A DNA stretch of 64,000 nt from Candidatus Omnitrophota bacterium (GTDB lineage Bacteria > Omnitrophota > Gorgyraeia > Zapsychrales > JANLHA01). Every line of letters begins with the position of its first letter. Positions within the stretch are counted from its first letter, which is position 1. Shown here one piece after another: positions 60,921 through 64,000 of the stretch. The stretch is from assembly GCA_022711395.1 (NCBI GenBank), contig JAKLFA010000005.1, forward strand, positions 132,302-196,301, read 5' to 3'. Below the pieces are notes generated by a model that did not search any database, was not told where the DNA came from, and saw only the letters and a program-made list of their open reading frames with translations. Position numbers and translations under genes: made by a program.

Positions 60921-61010
60921 GACACTGGGGCACTAAGGCACTTCGACACTGGTGTCTTAGCAACTTGGTTTTAAGTTTTTTAGTGCCCTAGTGTCTTAGT
61001 GCCAGGTGTC
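60921..61010. repeat. palindromic intergenic element, copy B (GACACTGGGGCACTAAGGCACT ... TTTTAGTGCCCTAGTGTCTTAGTGCCAGGTGTC)
   Basis: shares the GGCACTAAGGCACT and TTTTAGTGCC(T/C)TAGTGTC cores with copy A at 39186-39232; internally palindromic (GACACTGGTGTC). Confidence 0.7.
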
Positions 61011-61030
61011 TTTAATAAGGTTGAGCGGTC

Positions 61031-62536
61031 ATGTCGTTAGATATTTTGTTCATACATCCTAATGCGGCAGAAATCCTTTATCAGGGGCTGAATAAAACAT
61101 ATTCCGCGATCGAACCGCCGATCTGGGCGGGGATGCTTGCCAATCATGTGCTGAGCCGCGGTTACAGCGCTGAGATCCTGGACACCGAGGCGTTGCAGGC
61201 CACCGATGAACAGGCGGTCGGCTGGATCACAAAGGTTTGCCCGCGTTTAGCGGCATTTGTGATCTACGGTCAGCAGCCCAGCGCGTCCACTCAGAATATG
61301 GAGGGCGCTGTTCGGCTGGCGGAAAAATTGCGCGCCGTGGCGCCGGAGCAGAAGATCTTGTTTGTCGGGGCGCACGTGGCCGCCCTTCCTTTTGAAACAT
61401 TGGAAAGGCATGGATGTATTGATTTTGTGTGCCAGAACGAAGGCGTTTATACGATCTCCGGACTTTTGGCCACGGACCTCCGTTCGAAGCTCGACAAGGT
61501 TCGGGGATTGGGATGGAGGAGTGAAAAGGACATTGTCTTAAATCCGCCGTCCGCGATCGTTTCACAAAAGGACCTGCAGAAAGAATTGCCGGGCGTGGCG
61601 TGGGACCTGTTGCCGATGGAGCGTTACCGCACGGCCCTGTGGCACGCGCTTCCCAACGGATGCGTTCGCGAGCCGTTCGTCTCGCTTTACACCAGTTTGG
61701 GCTGCCCGATGAAATGTTCGTTCTGCATGATCAATATCATTAACCGTCAGGATAACGCCTATTCAGACGGAAGCGCGGTGTTCCGTTACTGGGATCCGGA
61801 ATTTATCATCAAGGATTTTGAGCGTTTCGCCCGGATGGGGATCAGGAACATCAAGATCGCGGATGAGCTTTTTGTCTTTAAGAAGGAACATTTTTTAAAA
61901 TTGTGCGAACTGATCATTGAGCGCGGGTTTGATTTCAATATCTGGTGCTACGCGAGGGTCGATATGACGCGGCCTGAATATCTGGAAACGATGAAGCGGG
62001 CCGGGGTCAACTTCTTGGCGCTCGGCATTGAAAGCGGTAATGCGCGGGTCCGGAGCGGGGTGACCAAGGGGCGGTTTAAGGAAACGGACATTGAACAGGC
62101 CGTCCGGACGATCCAGGATTGCGGGATCTCCGTGGCGGGGAATTATATTTTCGGATTGCCGGATGATGACCGTGACAGCATGCGGGAGACTTTGGACCTG
62201 GCCAAGAGATTGAACACGGAAATGGCGAACTTTTATTCGGCGATGGCCTATCCGGGAAGCCCTCTTTACGGCATGGCGCTGCAGGAAGGGTGGGCGTTGC
62301 CGGAGCGTTACGCGGGATTTTCGCAGCATTCGTATTACACGCGGCCTTTACCGACGAAATATTTAAGTGCTGAGGAAGTTTTGGCGTTCCGGGACAAGGC
62401 GTGGATGGAGTATCACACGCGGCCGGAATTTTTGACGGTGCTCAAAGAAAAATTCGGGCAGACGGCCGTTGATGAAACGCTGCGTTCGACCCGGATCAAA
62501 CTTAAACGAAAGATCCTAGAGGAGGCGGGGATATGA
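61031..62536 (+). CDS. B12-binding domain / radical SAM protein
   Basis: 501 aa; N-terminal cobalamin-binding-like domain, radical SAM Cys triad GCPMKCSFC. Confidence 0.85.
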   Translation: MSLDILFIHPNAAEILYQGLNKTYSAIEPPIWAGMLANHVLSRGYSAEILDTEALQATDEQAVGWITKVCPRLAAFVIYGQQPSASTQNMEGAVRLAEKLRAVAPEQKILFVGAHVAALPFETLERHGCIDFVCQNEGVYTISGLLATDLRSKLDKVRGLGWRSEKDIVLNPPSAIVSQKDLQKELPGVAWDLLPMERYRTALWHALPNGCVREPFVSLYTSLGCPMKCSFCMINIINRQDNAYSDGSAVFRYWDPEFIIKDFERFARMGIRNIKIADELFVFKKEHFLKLCELIIERGFDFNIWCYARVDMTRPEYLETMKRAGVNFLALGIESGNARVRSGVTKGRFKETDIEQAVRTIQDCGISVAGNYIFGLPDDDRDSMRETLDLAKRLNTEMANFYSAMAYPGSPLYGMALQEGWALPERYAGFSQHSYYTRPLPTKYLSAEEVLAFRDKAWMEYHTRPEFLTVLKEKFGQTAVDETLRSTRIKLKRKILEEAGI

Positions 62537-63531
62537 TCATCAGCCGCACGCCGTTTCGGATATCATTTTTCGGAGGGGGGACCGATTATCCCGGATGGTT
62601 TAAGGACCATAAGGGCGCGGTTCTGGCCACCACGATCGATAAGTATTGTTATATCACCTGCCGGTATCTGCCGCCTTTTTTTAAGCACAGATCAAGGATC
62701 ATGTATTCCCAGATCGAGCTTGTCCAAACTATTGACGAGATCGACCATCCGGCGGTGCGGGAGGTCCTTCGTTTTTTGGATATTCAGGAAGGCGTTGAGA
62801 TCCATCATGACGGCGATCTGCCGGCGAGGACCGGCTTGGGTTCAAGTTCTTCATTCACTGTTGGGCTTCTGAATTCGTTGTATGCCCTTTTGGGAACGAT
62901 GCCGACCAAAGAGCAGCTGGCGCGGGAAGCGATCCATATTGAACAGGACCTTTGCAAGGACGTGGTCGGCTGCCAGGACCAGACCCTGGTCGCTTATGGG
63001 GGTTTGAATTTCATTGAGTTCGGCGGTGAGAATCATTTGAAGGTCCGTCAGGTCACCATCGGAAAGGAAAAGATCCAGGGGCTGCAGGATCATTTGATGA
63101 TGTTCTTCACGGGATTTTCACGGACGGCCTCCACGATCGCCGAGCATCAGATCCGCAATATTCCTGCGAGGACCGCGGAATTGAAAGCGATGTATGACAT
63201 GGCGCTTCATTCCGTGGAGATCCTTAACCGCGGGGACCTGGATGATTTTGGGCGGCTGCTTGATGAAAGCTGGAAGCTGAAGAAGTCCTTGTCCGACAAG
63301 ATCACAACGTCTGAGATCGACGCGATGTATGAGGCGGCGCTAAAGCACGGCGCCCTGGGCGGAAAGCTTTTAGGCGCGGGTGGCGGGGGTTTTGTCCTTT
63401 TGTTCGTTCCGCCGGAAAAGCAGCCCCGGGTGAGGCAGCAGCTGAAAAAGTATCTTCAGGTCCCGATCAAGTTCGAGGACCTGGGATCGCAGATCATTTT
63501 TTATCAACCGAACACGGGAAAAGTGGATTGA
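62533..63531 (+). CDS. GHMP-family sugar kinase (D-glycero-D-manno-heptose 7-phosphate kinase HddA-like)
   Basis: 332 aa; PFRISFFGGGTDYP N-terminus and PARTGLGSSSSF ATP-binding motif of the HddA/COG2605 family. Confidence 0.8.
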   Translation: MIISRTPFRISFFGGGTDYPGWFKDHKGAVLATTIDKYCYITCRYLPPFFKHRSRIMYSQIELVQTIDEIDHPAVREVLRFLDIQEGVEIHHDGDLPARTGLGSSSSFTVGLLNSLYALLGTMPTKEQLAREAIHIEQDLCKDVVGCQDQTLVAYGGLNFIEFGGENHLKVRQVTIGKEKIQGLQDHLMMFFTGFSRTASTIAEHQIRNIPARTAELKAMYDMALHSVEILNRGDLDDFGRLLDESWKLKKSLSDKITTSEIDAMYEAALKHGALGGKLLGAGGGGFVLLFVPPEKQPRVRQQLKKYLQVPIKFEDLGSQIIFYQPNTGKVD

Positions 63532-63533
63532 CA

Positions 63534-64000
63534 TGACGAAAACGGTTTCAGAGATCGACGCGCTGGTCTTGTGCGGGGGGATGGGGACGCGGTTGCGCTC
63601 GGTGATCGGGGAACGGCAGAAGGTTGCCGCGGAAGTTGACGGCCGCCCGGTTCTTTCCATCCAGCTTGAGCGTCTGGCGAAGCAGGGGGTCGAACATGTG
63701 GTTTTGGCTGCCGGCTTCGGCGCCGCGCAGATCAAAGAGGCGGTTGATCAGAACGACTTCGGTTTGGATATTGATATTTCCGTTGAGCCGCAGCCTTTGG
63801 GGACCGGCGGGGCCATCAAGCATGCCCGGGCTTTGGCCAAAAGGAAACAATGGATCATCATGAACGGGGACTGCCTGTTCGATATTTCGTTCGCCGATCT
63901 GTTGCGTTTCCATAATGAAAAAAGATCCCTGGTGACGCTGTCCGTTTGTCCCCGTGATGACGCGCAGGATTACGGAACGGTCGAGTTCGACCCTCAGCAC
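63534..64000 (+). CDS. sugar-phosphate nucleotidyltransferase (HddC/GMP-like), 5' partial - continues beyond window
   Basis: LVLCGGMGTRLR nucleotidyltransferase motif; ATG 3 nt after upstream stop; truncated by window edge. Confidence 0.75.

Noticed and set aside
1-64000. tRNA/rRNA genes, CRISPR arrays, IS elements/transposases, integrases
   Set aside because: There are no cloverleaf-compatible intergenic segments of ~75 nt and no repeat-spacer arrays. No ORF has a transposase DDE/HTH or tyrosine recombinase signature. The window appears to be core chromosome.

Overview
This 64-kb window is a gene-dense bacterial chromosomal segment of about 52 % GC, coding almost entirely on the + strand. 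The presence of LptD and a DUF481 outer-membrane barrel indicates a Gram-negative organism, and several fused genes suggest an uncultivated lineage. Most of the window is housekeeping: a purine-biosynthesis operon; a ywl-like block (tsaC/LMW-PTP fusion, rpiB, glyA, nrdR); tRNA-maturation genes (cca, miaA, hflX); and a complete heat-shock regulon. The heat-shock region comprises an HspR-like regulator, two CIRCE operators, hsp20, clpB, hrcA, grpE, dnaK and dnaJ. Accessory content is concentrated at 43-50 kb and 53-64 kb. The 43-50 kb region holds two tandem GGDEF cyclases and two tandem paralogous giant Cys-rich proteins with a Flp/TadE-type pilin-like N-terminus. The 53-64 kb region is a nucleotide-sugar cluster with a pyruvate-dehydrogenase-E1-like TPP alpha/beta pair, two SDR enzymes, a B12-radical-SAM enzyme, a HddA-like kinase and a HddC-like nucleotidyltransferase, predicted to make an unusual modified sugar. 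A palindromic GACAC-rich intergenic repeat occurs twice. I found no rRNA or tRNA genes, CRISPR arrays or transposases.
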